From positions 544,001-608,000 of the forward strand of contig CAXXYE010000009.1 in assembly GCA_963674865.2 (NCBI GenBank): 64,000 nt of DNA, read 5' to 3'. The translations under genes and the position numbers were made by a program. The notes under the pieces are model-generated. The model was given only the letters and a program-made list of their open reading frames with translations, was not told the origin of the DNA and did no database searches. Positions 1 through 9,198 of this stretch are shown piece by piece. Source of the stretch: Candidatus Hydrogenedentota bacterium. Its GTDB lineage: Bacteria > Hydrogenedentota > Hydrogenedentia > Hydrogenedentales > SLHB01. Numbering within the stretch: position 1 is the stretch's first letter; each line of letters opens with the position of its first letter.

Positions 1-283
1 ACTCGGCATTGAGCCGCCTCCCGAGGAAGTGTGGGACACCTTTCTCGAAGGCGTCTATAACCGCGCCGAACGCCAAACCGGCTGGTTTGTCTTCATTGTC
101 GGCGCCGTGGCCTTGGCCGCGTTTGGCGTTTATCTGTTCGTGGTGGAGCCGTGGGCCTCCGCCGCGCTGAAGCTCCTCATCGCCACCCCCATTGTCGGAT
201 TACTCATCGTCTTCATATCGGTCCTCCGGCAACGGCTGTTCGTAGCCAAGACCGACCGATACAGCAGGGAGATCAAACGGTGA
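1..283 (+). CDS. Partial (5' truncated) membrane protein, probably the C-terminus of an anti-sigma-type protein often found before YbjQ
   Basis: Frame is open from the window edge; two hydrophobic segments; stop overlaps the YbjQ start (GTGA). Confidence 0.55.
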   Translation, partial: LGIEPPPEEVWDTFLEGVYNRAERQTGWFVFIVGAVALAAFGVYLFVVEPWASAALKLLIATPIVGLLIVFISVLRQRLFVAKTDRYSREIKR

Positions 284-630
284 TAGTCGTCACGACGGAT
301 ACTATCCCAGGCAAGCGGATCGTCAAGATCCTCGGCCTTGTCCGCGGCAACACGGTTCGGTGTCGCCACCTCGGGAAGGACATCCTCGCCGTGTTCCGCA
401 ACGTGGTTGGCGGGGAAGTCGAAGAGTACACGAAGATGCTCGCCGAGTCGCGGGAACAGTCCATCGACAGAATGATGCACGAGGCCAAGCGACTCGGCGC
501 CAACGCCATCGTCGCGGTGCGCTTCGGCACCTCGAGCATGATGCAGGGCGCCGCCGAGCTGCTGGTGTACGGGACGGCCGCCATTATTGAGGACGCGCCC
601 GCTCGGAAGGAGGAACAAGAGGATGCATGA
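280..630 (+). CDS. YbjQ/UPF0145 family protein
   Basis: GTG at 280; IVVTTDTIPG...LGLVRG...GGEVEEYTKML...GANAIVAVRF...YGTA. Confidence 0.9.
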   Translation: MIVVTTDTIPGKRIVKILGLVRGNTVRCRHLGKDILAVFRNVVGGEVEEYTKMLAESREQSIDRMMHEAKRLGANAIVAVRFGTSSMMQGAAELLVYGTAAIIEDAPARKEEQEDA

Positions 631-844
631 CGCCCCCGCCGTGTTAGGCGGCAGCATTCTGGCTCTGCTGCTGTTGCTGGTTGGTTTTGGAGGAGCCATC
701 CTCTGGCTGATCAGTATTATCTGGGCCTACGGCGACGCGGAGAAGCGCGGCAAGTCAGGCTGCCTTATAGCGATTGTTGTGGCCCTTCTGAGCTGGCCTC
801 TCGGCTTGATCCTGTGGATTGCGCTACGCCCCCCGGAGGAGTAG
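623..844 (+). CDS. Small membrane protein (73 aa)
   Basis: ATG at 623 after GAGG; hydrophobic segments with WAYGDAEKRGKSG...WPLGLILWIALRP. Confidence 0.7.
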   Translation: MHDAPAVLGGSILALLLLLVGFGGAILWLISIIWAYGDAEKRGKSGCLIAIVVALLSWPLGLILWIALRPPEE

Positions 845-846
845 CG

Positions 847-1809
847 TCAATCGGCAGAGCCGGGCGGGGTGGCCGTCAGGCTGCGCACCAGTAGTTCCTC
901 GAAGGCAGCGAGGTCCGTCCAACCTACGCCACAATGAACCGGCCGGCCGGCCTCATCGGGAACAGTCCTGCCCTCGTCATCCACAATGAGGTCGACGCAT
1001 TTCATCTTCAAAAGGGCGTCGTTGAACGTGAGGTAAGCCGCCACCGTATCGTACAAGACGCTGCTGGCGTTTGCCGGATGATGACTGCGGTTCGCCCATT
1101 GGCCGTAGTTCTCCATAACTACCTTGGCGAGCGGATTCTCCGACGACGCGACTCGTGCGTAGCGCTCCCCGCTCAGGCGCAGTGTGCCGCAGCAATCCAG
1201 CGGCGCCATCGTGATCTCCCACGGCGCAGCAAACACGACCTTGGCGGCGGCCACGTCCTTGACGACGTTATACTCGGCGGCGCGTCCCGGCTTGCCGTCA
1301 TAGCCGATGTCCACGCTGCCCGCCATCGTGACAACACGCGCCTTTTCCGCAATGGCCGGATCCCGTTCGAGCGCCGCCTTCAGGTTCGTCTGCGGCCCAA
1401 TAACCAAGAGCGTCACGGGATCCTTCGATGCGGCGATGAAATCGATCATCGCCTGGATACCATCCTCATGAACCTCCCCGCCGTAGTCCTTGAGTTGGTA
1501 ATCGCCCAGCCACGCGGCCTGATTCAACGGATGATCGCTTGTCTTTGCGCCCGTACCGATGGGGATGTCGGCCCGTCCGACCCGTTCGAGGATCTTCGCC
1601 ACGAGGCGTGTCTTGGCGGGCGTGTCATCCGAGGCGGTAACGATGAGCTTCAAACTGATCTCCGGACAACCGAGAAGCATGGCGAGAGCCCACGTATCGT
1701 CGATGTCATCCCCCAGGTCGGTATCGAGAATCACGGGCACTGGTTCATCCTGCGCCGCCGCACAGCATAGGCAGCCGGGCAGCATCTGCATCAAAGACAT
1801 CATAAGCAC
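847..1809 (-). CDS. Nucleoside hydrolase (IU-NH family)
   Basis: DTDLGDDIDD, IGPQTN, AEYNV, LYD motifs; start could be 1803 or 1809. Confidence 0.9.
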   Translation of the reverse strand: MLMMSLMQMLPGCLCCAAAQDEPVPVILDTDLGDDIDDTWALAMLLGCPEISLKLIVTASDDTPAKTRLVAKILERVGRADIPIGTGAKTSDHPLNQAAWLGDYQLKDYGGEVHEDGIQAMIDFIAASKDPVTLLVIGPQTNLKAALERDPAIAEKARVVTMAGSVDIGYDGKPGRAAEYNVVKDVAAAKVVFAAPWEITMAPLDCCGTLRLSGERYARVASSENPLAKVVMENYGQWANRSHHPANASSVLYDTVAAYLTFNDALLKMKCVDLIVDDEGRTVPDEAGRPVHCGVGWTDLAAFEELLVRSLTATPPGSAD

Positions 1810-2017
1810 GCTTGTTCCTCCTGGTAATCTGCCCAGACTCTAGCGTGGCGGGAAGCGCCGCGTCCAATCGACGCAGGGCGTCACTTCGCCCGAGCTGACG
1901 AGAGGACGTCCGCGCCGGGAAGAAATGGCACGCCCGTTCCGTGTAGAATGAGAGTAGACTGCAACGCTTCAGGCGCTGGCGGCGCAAAGTCGGTTCCGGC
2001 CGGGAAAACACGACGGT

Positions 2018-2806
2018 TTGAGTCAGTATCAATACACATCCAGGTTTCATATCCACCGCGAGTCGATAACGTGGGCGGTTCAACGGCTCATGATCGTCAA
2101 TATTCTCGTTTTCGCGGCGCAACTCGTGCTCGAAGTGCCCTTCGGGCTGGACGTCCGCGGCACTGTGGGCGCGGATATACCTGGGGGATTTCTGACTCGA
2201 TGGCTCGCCTTCCAGCCGCTGGGCTTCCTGCGAGGACAAGTCTGGAAGCCGCTGACGTACATGTTTCTCCATGCCGATCTGACTCACCTGTTCATGAACA
2301 TGCTGTGGCTTTTCTTCTTCGGCACGGCCGTGGAACGCGCGCTGGGAACACGCCAGTTCATACGATTCTATCTGATCTGCGGCGGCCTGGGCGTGTTGGC
2401 GACGTTCGTCCGCACACTGACGGGAGCGGGGCTGAGTATCTCGGTTGTCGGCGCCAGCGGCGCCGTGATGGGCGTGCTGGTGGCCTTTGCCATGGTCGAT
2501 CCGGAACGCCGGTTCTTTCTGTTCCCGCTGCCGATTCCCATTAATGCCAGGGCGCTTGTGCTTATTGTGGTGGTCATGAATGTCTTTTCCGCGCTTAGGC
2601 CCGACGGGCATCGTTCGGTGGCGACGCACTTCGGCGGAATGTTGGCCGGATATGCCTACATGAAACTCGTGCCCATGTGGACGCGGGCTCGCGCGGCGCG
2701 CAGTCGCCGCCGGAACGCAGCGCCCGAGAAGGACGAAGATGCCTTGAAAGAGGCCGTGGACAACATCTTTCGTCTTGAAGATCGGGATCAGTGGCGGAGG
2801 CGCTAG
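2018..2806 (+). CDS. Rhomboid family intramembrane serine protease
   Basis: WKPLTYMFLHAD..HLFMNM, catalytic GASG and ATHFGG. Confidence 0.93.
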   Translation: MSQYQYTSRFHIHRESITWAVQRLMIVNILVFAAQLVLEVPFGLDVRGTVGADIPGGFLTRWLAFQPLGFLRGQVWKPLTYMFLHADLTHLFMNMLWLFFFGTAVERALGTRQFIRFYLICGGLGVLATFVRTLTGAGLSISVVGASGAVMGVLVAFAMVDPERRFFLFPLPIPINARALVLIVVVMNVFSALRPDGHRSVATHFGGMLAGYAYMKLVPMWTRARAARSRRRNAAPEKDEDALKEAVDNIFRLEDRDQWRRR

Positions 2807-2856
2807 AGAAGGGCCCGGCGTCCCGGCCACAGATCTACAAGGGGTGAGGAGAAGCC

Positions 2857-3180
2857 ATGTTCGGTTCTTTGGGTTTCCAGGAATTGCTCATCCTCATCTT
2901 CGCGATCGCGGTGCTGAGCATCACGGGGCTATGGCCAGCGATTGTGCGCGGACTGCGGGAACTTCGCGGCGAATCTACGGAAACGCCTCCGGCCCCCGGC
3001 GACGACCTCGAAGTGTGCTACAAACTCCTCGGACTTTCGCCGTCCGCTTCATGGCCCGAAGTCGAGCGCGCCTACCGGGAGAAGGCCAAGGTTCACCATC
3101 CGGATCGCGGGGGAGATGACGACGCGATGCGCGCGCTGAATGACGCATACGCACGCCTCAAAGCAATCCGCTCCAAATAA
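2857..3180 (+). CDS. Membrane-anchored J-domain protein with TatA/TatB-like N-terminus
   Basis: MFGSLGFQELLILIFAIAVL N-terminus; YKLLGL...AYREKAKVHHPDRGG...LNDAY J-domain. Confidence 0.85.
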   Translation: MFGSLGFQELLILIFAIAVLSITGLWPAIVRGLRELRGESTETPPAPGDDLEVCYKLLGLSPSASWPEVERAYREKAKVHHPDRGGDDDAMRALNDAYARLKAIRSK

Positions 3181-3183
3181 ATA

Positions 3184-3220
3184 AAGGCGGCCCCGCGCCT
3201 TCAAGACGCCGGGTCGCCCT
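3184..3220 (-). terminator. Intrinsic terminator hairpin between convergent genes
   Basis: GGCGGCCC...GGGTCGCC stem preceded by an A-rich tract (U tract on the minus strand). Confidence 0.55.
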
Positions 3221-3239
3221 GGTGCTACGTCTTCTTCGT

Positions 3240-5156
3240 TTACATCTCATCCGGCGCAAGGTAAACCGTCAAGCCGCCCTTTACGATGCTTCCCGAGGCC
3301 TCCTTATTGGCGCGGATCTCGCGGATCACAGACGCGATCCTATCCATATTCTGCGTCGCCGGCGAAGGCATGCCACCCGACATGATGGGCGTCACGACCT
3401 GCTTCAGAAGCCCATTCTGCACGAAAAGCATGCTGTATCTCGGCGTGGCCGGATCCATGGGCGGGTCGAGCGATTCGAGCAGGCGAGATGAGGCGCCGGC
3501 GGCGACGCGGTCGATCATCCCTTTCATCTCGTCGACGTCACTGGCGATCAGAAGCGCGTTCCCGGGATAGCCGTAATAGATCGGCGCGGGGACGGGAAGC
3601 ACCGCCTGGAAGATGTCGATATCGTTGTATTGTTCGGCGGGCGCCGAGCCTGACGCCCCGAGGCCGAACATGGCCAGGAATCCCTTGGCCTGTTCGACGT
3701 TGGCCAGGTTAAGCATAGCGACAAACTTCGGAAAGCCGTTCGAGGCGCCCGTCACCGCGAGGGCGACTTCGTCGCCAAGCATGCCGACCACCTGCTTGGC
3801 CATACCCATGGCCATGGCGAACTGGGGCGAGCCCTGAAGCTCCGGCGGCATGGCGGTGGTCCATTGCTGCTCCATTTGGGCCTTCGATTCCGGCGTAAGG
3901 CAGAAGGCAAGCGCGGCGAGGGAATCCTTGGGTAGGCACTTGGCGAGTTGAAGGGGGATGGCCTTCCCCGTAAGTTCAAGTATCCCGGGGAATTTGGCCG
4001 TATCGAATTGGGACAGTATCTCGATCGCTTGGTCGCTCCAGCGAACTCCGGCAACCACCGGCTCCGTCGCCTTTCCGTAGACAGTGGTGAGCTTCTGTAG
4101 CAGCCCATTCAGGGCCGGCGCCGGCACGTCAGTCGGAAACAGCATCGGAAGCATCGGCCCCACGACCTCGAGCGTCGCGGCAAGCCGGTCCATCCTGATG
4201 GCCTCGATGAATTCGTCATCCTCGCTGGCCGGGAAAGCCGCTGTGCCGTAAGGGAATTCGATCGGAGTAGCCTTGGGAGCGGCGACCTCTTTGACGAGTT
4301 CCAGTGAGGTCCCAAACACGATCTTGCCGTCGGCCAGGAAGTAGCTGAATCCAGCCGGGCCGTAATCTTGAATGGTAACACCGTTGACTTCTATGCCCGC
4401 CGGTTCAACGCCCGCAAACTGGGGCATCTCTCCGAGGATATCGCGGAGCGTCTTCTCCGCCAAAGTTGCCTCGGAACAGGCCGCGGCCACAACAATGGCA
4501 GGCATGGGCTGTACGTCGAATGCCGGAGCTTCAACCGAAGTAACCGAGGTATCGGCTGTCTCGGACTCATCCCCCCGCTGGGGTGGTTCCTGTTCTTGGG
4601 CAGGCGAGCTGCCATCAGGCGCCGGTGTCTCCTCGCCTGTGTCCGCGGCCTGCTTCTGAGCTTCGAGTTGGGCCGCCAAGGACCGGCAGGCTTCCTCGGT
4701 AGGACGAAGGTCGACGAAGATCGCCAGAGAGCCTTCGGGATCGAATCCTTTGGCGAGGAGGATATCCGCAAAGGATTCAGCCGTCGCTACGTCGAACTTG
4801 GCAGCCGCCTCCGCTACGGCTTCGGCGATCAACGCGTCGATATCCGTACCCTCGGGCGCCAAACGCTTGGCAAGGGCAACAGCCTTTTCGTAAAGCCTGT
4901 CAGGGCACGGTAAAACGGCAGCCGCGGCAGCCGATTCGGGCATGAGGTGCAACGCCTGAAGCGCCGGCGATTCCGGGGCCTTCTCCACCGCCTCCGGCTC
5001 AGGCGCCTTTGTCTCAACGGGCTCACGCACTCCCGCCGGCGGGCCTCCCTCTTCCTTGCCGCCGCATCCGGTCAACCACATCGCTGTTACGGCCACGAAG
5101 ACCGCGGTGCCGACTATGCACCAAGCCCACCGCCACGTCGCTTTCCGGTATCTCAT
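3240..5156 (-). CDS. Large lipoprotein, DUF3352-like
   Basis: Signal peptide with lipobox LTGC; LGDEVALAV and LLIASD segments resemble DUF3352. Confidence 0.6.
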   Translation of the reverse strand: MRYRKATWRWAWCIVGTAVFVAVTAMWLTGCGGKEEGGPPAGVREPVETKAPEPEAVEKAPESPALQALHLMPESAAAAAVLPCPDRLYEKAVALAKRLAPEGTDIDALIAEAVAEAAAKFDVATAESFADILLAKGFDPEGSLAIFVDLRPTEEACRSLAAQLEAQKQAADTGEETPAPDGSSPAQEQEPPQRGDESETADTSVTSVEAPAFDVQPMPAIVVAAACSEATLAEKTLRDILGEMPQFAGVEPAGIEVNGVTIQDYGPAGFSYFLADGKIVFGTSLELVKEVAAPKATPIEFPYGTAAFPASEDDEFIEAIRMDRLAATLEVVGPMLPMLFPTDVPAPALNGLLQKLTTVYGKATEPVVAGVRWSDQAIEILSQFDTAKFPGILELTGKAIPLQLAKCLPKDSLAALAFCLTPESKAQMEQQWTTAMPPELQGSPQFAMAMGMAKQVVGMLGDEVALAVTGASNGFPKFVAMLNLANVEQAKGFLAMFGLGASGSAPAEQYNDIDIFQAVLPVPAPIYYGYPGNALLIASDVDEMKGMIDRVAAGASSRLLESLDPPMDPATPRYSMLFVQNGLLKQVVTPIMSGGMPSPATQNMDRIASVIREIRANKEASGSIVKGGLTVYLAPDEM

Positions 5157-5256
5157 GTATCTTCCCTCCGATTGGCCGGCCCGCGCCGGTTCACCCCGCC
5201 ATGACGCTCACTTACCTTAGCAGATCGGCCAAAGAGGCACAAAGCATTTCCGAGTG

Positions 5257-6400
5257 TGCAAATTCCAATACTAAGTGCACAGCGGAGTGTTTGCCGCTGT
5301 AGGGAGCGCAGCAGGGAGATGAAAGGAAGACATCGGGCCCAGTTCTGTATTCTGGGAGTTCCTACACAACCAGCACCGAAAAGGAGTCCCGATGTCTTAC
5401 ACCCAGTTTACCGTAATGGAACGTGCGCAGATCGAGTTTCTTCATCAGCAGGGGCACTCGCATTCCGCCATTGGCCGGATGCTGGGCCGTCATGCATCCA
5501 GCGTGGGCCGTGAGCTGACGCGCAACTCGACGGCCGGTAGCTATGGCGCCGAAAAGGCGCAGGCCCTTTATGAGGAGCGTCGCAAGGCCTGTCGCCCCAA
5601 GGGCCGGCTGGCCCACGAACCCCTGCGCGAGTACGTGGAAGAGAAGATCGCCGTGGAGGAACTCAGTCCTGAACTGGTATCGGGCTGCCTGCAACTGGAC
5701 TTCCCGCAAGCTCCGAAGATGCGGGTGTGCCCGGAAACCCTCTACAGCGCCATCTACGCCAACCGTCACCATCTTGATTACCTTCAGGACTACCTTCCTC
5801 AGAAGCGTCGGACCCGCCAGAAACGGGGCCAGCAGAAAGGCCGGCGGGGCACCTCGATCCCGAACCGCGTGGGTATCGAGGAGCGTCCGGCCGCCGTGGA
5901 GGAACGCAAGGAGATTGGTCATTGGGAAGGGGACTTGGTCGTGGGGAAAGGACAAGACGGCTTCATCGTAACACGGGTTGAGCGCACTTCACGCCTACTG
6001 GAGGCGGTGAAAGTCCAGAGCAAGCGCGCCAAGGAAGTCAGCCAGGCCGTCATACAAGTCCTCATGGAACGGCCCATCTCCTGGGTGAAATCCATCACCT
6101 TCGACAACGGCACCGAATTCAGTGACCACCAGACCCTGTCGCAGCAGTTGGGTGTCGACGTGTACTTCGCCGACCCCTACGCCGCCTACCAGCGTGGAAG
6201 CAACGAGCAGGTCAACGGACGCATCCGTCGCTACCTGCCCAAAGGCACAAGCTTCCAGAACCTTACACAAGACCAGATCGACTACATCGTCGAGAGGATA
6301 AACAATCGGCCAAGGAAATGTCTGGGATTCAGAACGCCAGCCCAAGTCTTCCAGCTACAGCGGCAAACGCACCTCTGTGCACTTAGAACTTGATTGTGGG
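5257..6400 (+). mobile_element. IS30-family insertion sequence (1144 bp)
   Basis: Imperfect terminal inverted repeats (CTAAGTGCACAGCGGAGTGTTTGCCGCTGTAG vs reverse complement of CTACAGCGGCAAACGCACCTCTGTGCACTTAG); GTG direct repeat at 5254-5256 and 6401-6403. Confidence 0.88.
5392..6393 (+). CDS. IS30 family DDE transposase
   Basis: N-terminal HTH; GHWEGD, TFDNGTEF, QRGSNE, NNRPRKCLG motifs; stop lies within the right inverted repeat. Confidence 0.96.
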   Translation: MSYTQFTVMERAQIEFLHQQGHSHSAIGRMLGRHASSVGRELTRNSTAGSYGAEKAQALYEERRKACRPKGRLAHEPLREYVEEKIAVEELSPELVSGCLQLDFPQAPKMRVCPETLYSAIYANRHHLDYLQDYLPQKRRTRQKRGQQKGRRGTSIPNRVGIEERPAAVEERKEIGHWEGDLVVGKGQDGFIVTRVERTSRLLEAVKVQSKRAKEVSQAVIQVLMERPISWVKSITFDNGTEFSDHQTLSQQLGVDVYFADPYAAYQRGSNEQVNGRIRRYLPKGTSFQNLTQDQIDYIVERINNRPRKCLGFRTPAQVFQLQRQTHLCALRT

Positions 6401-6491
6401 GTGGCCCTGCAGTTCGGCGCGCTTCCTAGACCACGTTCAACTCATATGCCCAGTTCTTCTCCCAGAATGGACCCCTGGCACAAGCCGACTA

Positions 6492-6520
6492 TTGACAAGA
6501 TTTATCCATACATGTATATT
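6492..6520 (+). promoter_or_regulatory. Sigma70-type promoter
   Basis: TTGACA-17 bp-TATATT upstream of the DUF2089 gene. Confidence 0.7.
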
Positions 6521-6556
6521 ACTCAATGTTTACTTAAGTTCATTGAGGCTAACCTT

Positions 6557-6904
6557 ATGAAAACTGAACGCAGATTACCTAGTATGTGCCCGAGCTGCGG
6601 GCAGCTACTTCGGGTGGAACGGCTTGGATGCCAGGAATGTCGGACTGTAGTCGGAGGAGATTTCGGCCTCCCGGTTCTGGCGCGCCTCGACCCGGAAGAG
6701 ATGGAGTTTGTGGTGAACCTTGTGAAATCCAGTGGGAGCCTCAAGGACTTGGCGCGTGTGTATGGTGTCTCCTATCCGACTGTTCGTAACCGCCTGGACG
6801 CACTCATTGAGCGTGTCAAGGCCCTTGAGTCGGAGAGCATGCGAGGGGGGGGCTGCAACGGTGGTGGCAATGCGTCCAAGACCCGTCCAGACATGGCTCT
6901 TTAA
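6557..6904 (+). CDS. DUF2089 family zinc-ribbon/HTH protein
   Basis: CPSCG...CQEC; SGSLKDLARVYGVSYPTVRNRLD. Confidence 0.9.
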   Translation: MKTERRLPSMCPSCGQLLRVERLGCQECRTVVGGDFGLPVLARLDPEEMEFVVNLVKSSGSLKDLARVYGVSYPTVRNRLDALIERVKALESESMRGGGCNGGGNASKTRPDMAL

Positions 6905-9143
6905 TCCGTTCCACTACGTCGCGGGGTGGGCGGCTCTGGCCGTGGGCGTGGCATGCATCCTAGTCGCGGGAGCCATCGGCGCGCTGAGCGAGACGCACTT
7001 CGACGGCGTACTTGATTTCCACACGGGGAAAGCCGCCCCATTCTGGCTGTTTCTAGGCGAGGGACTGCTCGACTGGATGGCCATGGGAATCCTGCTCTGG
7101 CCCCTCGGGCGGATGCTATCCAGTAGTCGCGTGCGCGCACTGGACGTCTTCGGTACACAGGCCCTCGCACGCTGGCCGGTGATCATTACCGCCCTTCTTG
7201 CCCTCCTGCCCGGTTACCGGCGGGCCTCGCAAAGCCTTCCCCTCCGATTTGCCGGCGCCGGGGGTGCATTTCCAGATGCCTTGGTGGACTGGCTCGCATT
7301 CGGCGCCGCCTTGGCAGGTGGACTCATCATGCTTGTCTGGATGGTGGCTCTCATGTACCGGGCATATGCGGTGTCCTGCAACCTGTCGGGCGGCAGGGCG
7401 GCGGGGTCCTTCGTTGTGGCCGTCATCTTTGGCGAGGTGCTCTCGAAACTCGCGATTTTCTTGTTCTTTCTATTGACGCCCGAAGGGGCGACGGCAAAGA
7501 CGCAGATCTTCGAGTGGATTACCGGGAAGACGCGCCCGGTGGTGGTGAACCAGGCCATGGCGGGCACGTGGTACGCCGTAGATCTTGTTCGTGACATCGA
7601 CGACATGCTACCGGGCCGCGAGGACCTCTTTCTCAAGAGACTGGATCTGGGCCAAAACGGTTCCGTCGCGATCACGTTCAAGAACGACTCAAGCGTAGCA
7701 CGTGCCCACACTTGGCACGACTCAAGCATCGAGCTTTACGCGAACAATCCAAGCCATCCCGGGCGGAGAACCGCCGAGCTCACGTTGCGTAGCGGCCACC
7801 TGTTCTATCCGTGGGCGCCCCATGGCGAGGTCGTTGGATACTACGTCTTCGCACGCAAACCGGGCCAACAGCCCCCGTCACCGTCCGCTGAGGTCAATGA
7901 CATGTTCGTGGGGAAATGGCGGGCGGTGGACTTCGTGCATGACTTGGACGAGCCAAGCGGGGGCGCGATGGAGCTATTCGTTAAGTCACTCGAGCTTGGC
8001 CCGGACGGGACGGTTGTACTAACCGTCGGCAAGGACAATCGTATTCCGGGCCTGCACTCGTGGCACGACTCAACGCTCGAGCTATACGGGCGGGCGCCGA
8101 AGCATCCAGAACGTAAGTCGGCTGAACTGACGCTCCGAGACGGCCGGCTCATCATGCCTTGGGCGCCCAACGGTGATACGGAGGGCTACTACGTTTTCAC
8201 GAGGGCGCCCGGCGAAAGGTCTGTCCCGGCGCGGGCGCCACAGGGAGCTGAGGCGCCGTCTTCAGGACTGAAGACACAGGCAGACGCTCCGAGGGGCCTA
8301 GGCGCGGGCGGCGGCGAGGCCCGAGTGCAGGGCCGCATCCTGAGCGAGCAATCCAGGTTGCCGATCGAGTACTCAGAGGCGTGCTGTGTAGATGGCAACG
8401 GCGCCGTATACGATGACAGCACGGGCCAGCACGACGGCGCCTTCTGCATCATGTTGCCCGAGCCTGGCACTTACAGACTCCATTGCCGGCCGCTTATGGC
8501 CCCGCCTGAGGCGCGGTGGGCGCGAGCCTGCGAAATCGTTGTGGCGCCGGGAGAGACGAAGAAGCTCGACATGGCTCTGCCGGAGCCGGTCACGATGTCC
8601 ATTCGTCTGGTAGACGACGACGGGCGGCCGGTTGCCGGGGCACCCATCGGGCCGTGGTATCTGCAAGCGAATGGACAACCGTTCCAATACGGCGGCCACA
8701 AGACGGACGGGGAAGGCCGGTTTCGCTTCACGGAGTTTATGCCGGGCGTGAAATCAGGTTTTGGCACAGGCTGTACTACCGGATACACGCAACTTGAAGA
8801 TGCGGGGGTAGTCTGCGAGCGGGGCAAGACTCACCCGGAGAGGACGCTTGTTATCGAGGCACTCCGAGGACGTGTGACGGGGAGGGCCGTTAACTCCGGA
8901 GGGACGCCCATCCGAAAGCAGAGCTTCTTCATTCGGACATTCTATGACGACGGCAAGCGCGCCGTACAGTTGGGCACAACCGACCTTCAGGGCAACTTCG
9001 ACTGGGCTGTGGGACGCCCAGGGCAGAACTTCACGCTCGACTTGGCGAACAACGGCGGGGCCCACGCCTACAGGTGGAGCTCGAGATCCCTCACCGTCGG
9101 CCCGGAGGAGAACCTGGAACTAGGCCAGATTACATTCCGATGA
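6870..9143 (+). CDS. Multidomain membrane protein: YIP1-like N-terminus, two repeated lipocalin-like domains, carboxypeptidase-regulatory-like C-terminus
   Basis: Several TM helices (LFNPFHYVAGW, HFDGVLDFH); internal repeat; DDDGRPVAGA and TDGEGRF motifs; ATG 6870 preferred over ORF start 6732. Confidence 0.65.
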   Translation: MRPRPVQTWLFNPFHYVAGWAALAVGVACILVAGAIGALSETHFDGVLDFHTGKAAPFWLFLGEGLLDWMAMGILLWPLGRMLSSSRVRALDVFGTQALARWPVIITALLALLPGYRRASQSLPLRFAGAGGAFPDALVDWLAFGAALAGGLIMLVWMVALMYRAYAVSCNLSGGRAAGSFVVAVIFGEVLSKLAIFLFFLLTPEGATAKTQIFEWITGKTRPVVVNQAMAGTWYAVDLVRDIDDMLPGREDLFLKRLDLGQNGSVAITFKNDSSVARAHTWHDSSIELYANNPSHPGRRTAELTLRSGHLFYPWAPHGEVVGYYVFARKPGQQPPSPSAEVNDMFVGKWRAVDFVHDLDEPSGGAMELFVKSLELGPDGTVVLTVGKDNRIPGLHSWHDSTLELYGRAPKHPERKSAELTLRDGRLIMPWAPNGDTEGYYVFTRAPGERSVPARAPQGAEAPSSGLKTQADAPRGLGAGGGEARVQGRILSEQSRLPIEYSEACCVDGNGAVYDDSTGQHDGAFCIMLPEPGTYRLHCRPLMAPPEARWARACEIVVAPGETKKLDMALPEPVTMSIRLVDDDGRPVAGAPIGPWYLQANGQPFQYGGHKTDGEGRFRFTEFMPGVKSGFGTGCTTGYTQLEDAGVVCERGKTHPERTLVIEALRGRVTGRAVNSGGTPIRKQSFFIRTFYDDGKRAVQLGTTDLQGNFDWAVGRPGQNFTLDLANNGGAHAYRWSSRSLTVGPEENLELGQITFR

Positions 9144-9198
9144 GATGGAAAAGCGCCAGGCGATTTGAGGTACGGGCAGAGTCCCTGGCTGGCAGAGG

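Noticed and set aside
1927..1941. Sigma54 promoter (TGGCACGCCCGTTCC) before the rhomboid gene, and a similar one near 45884
   Set aside because: Both lack the invariant -12 GC.
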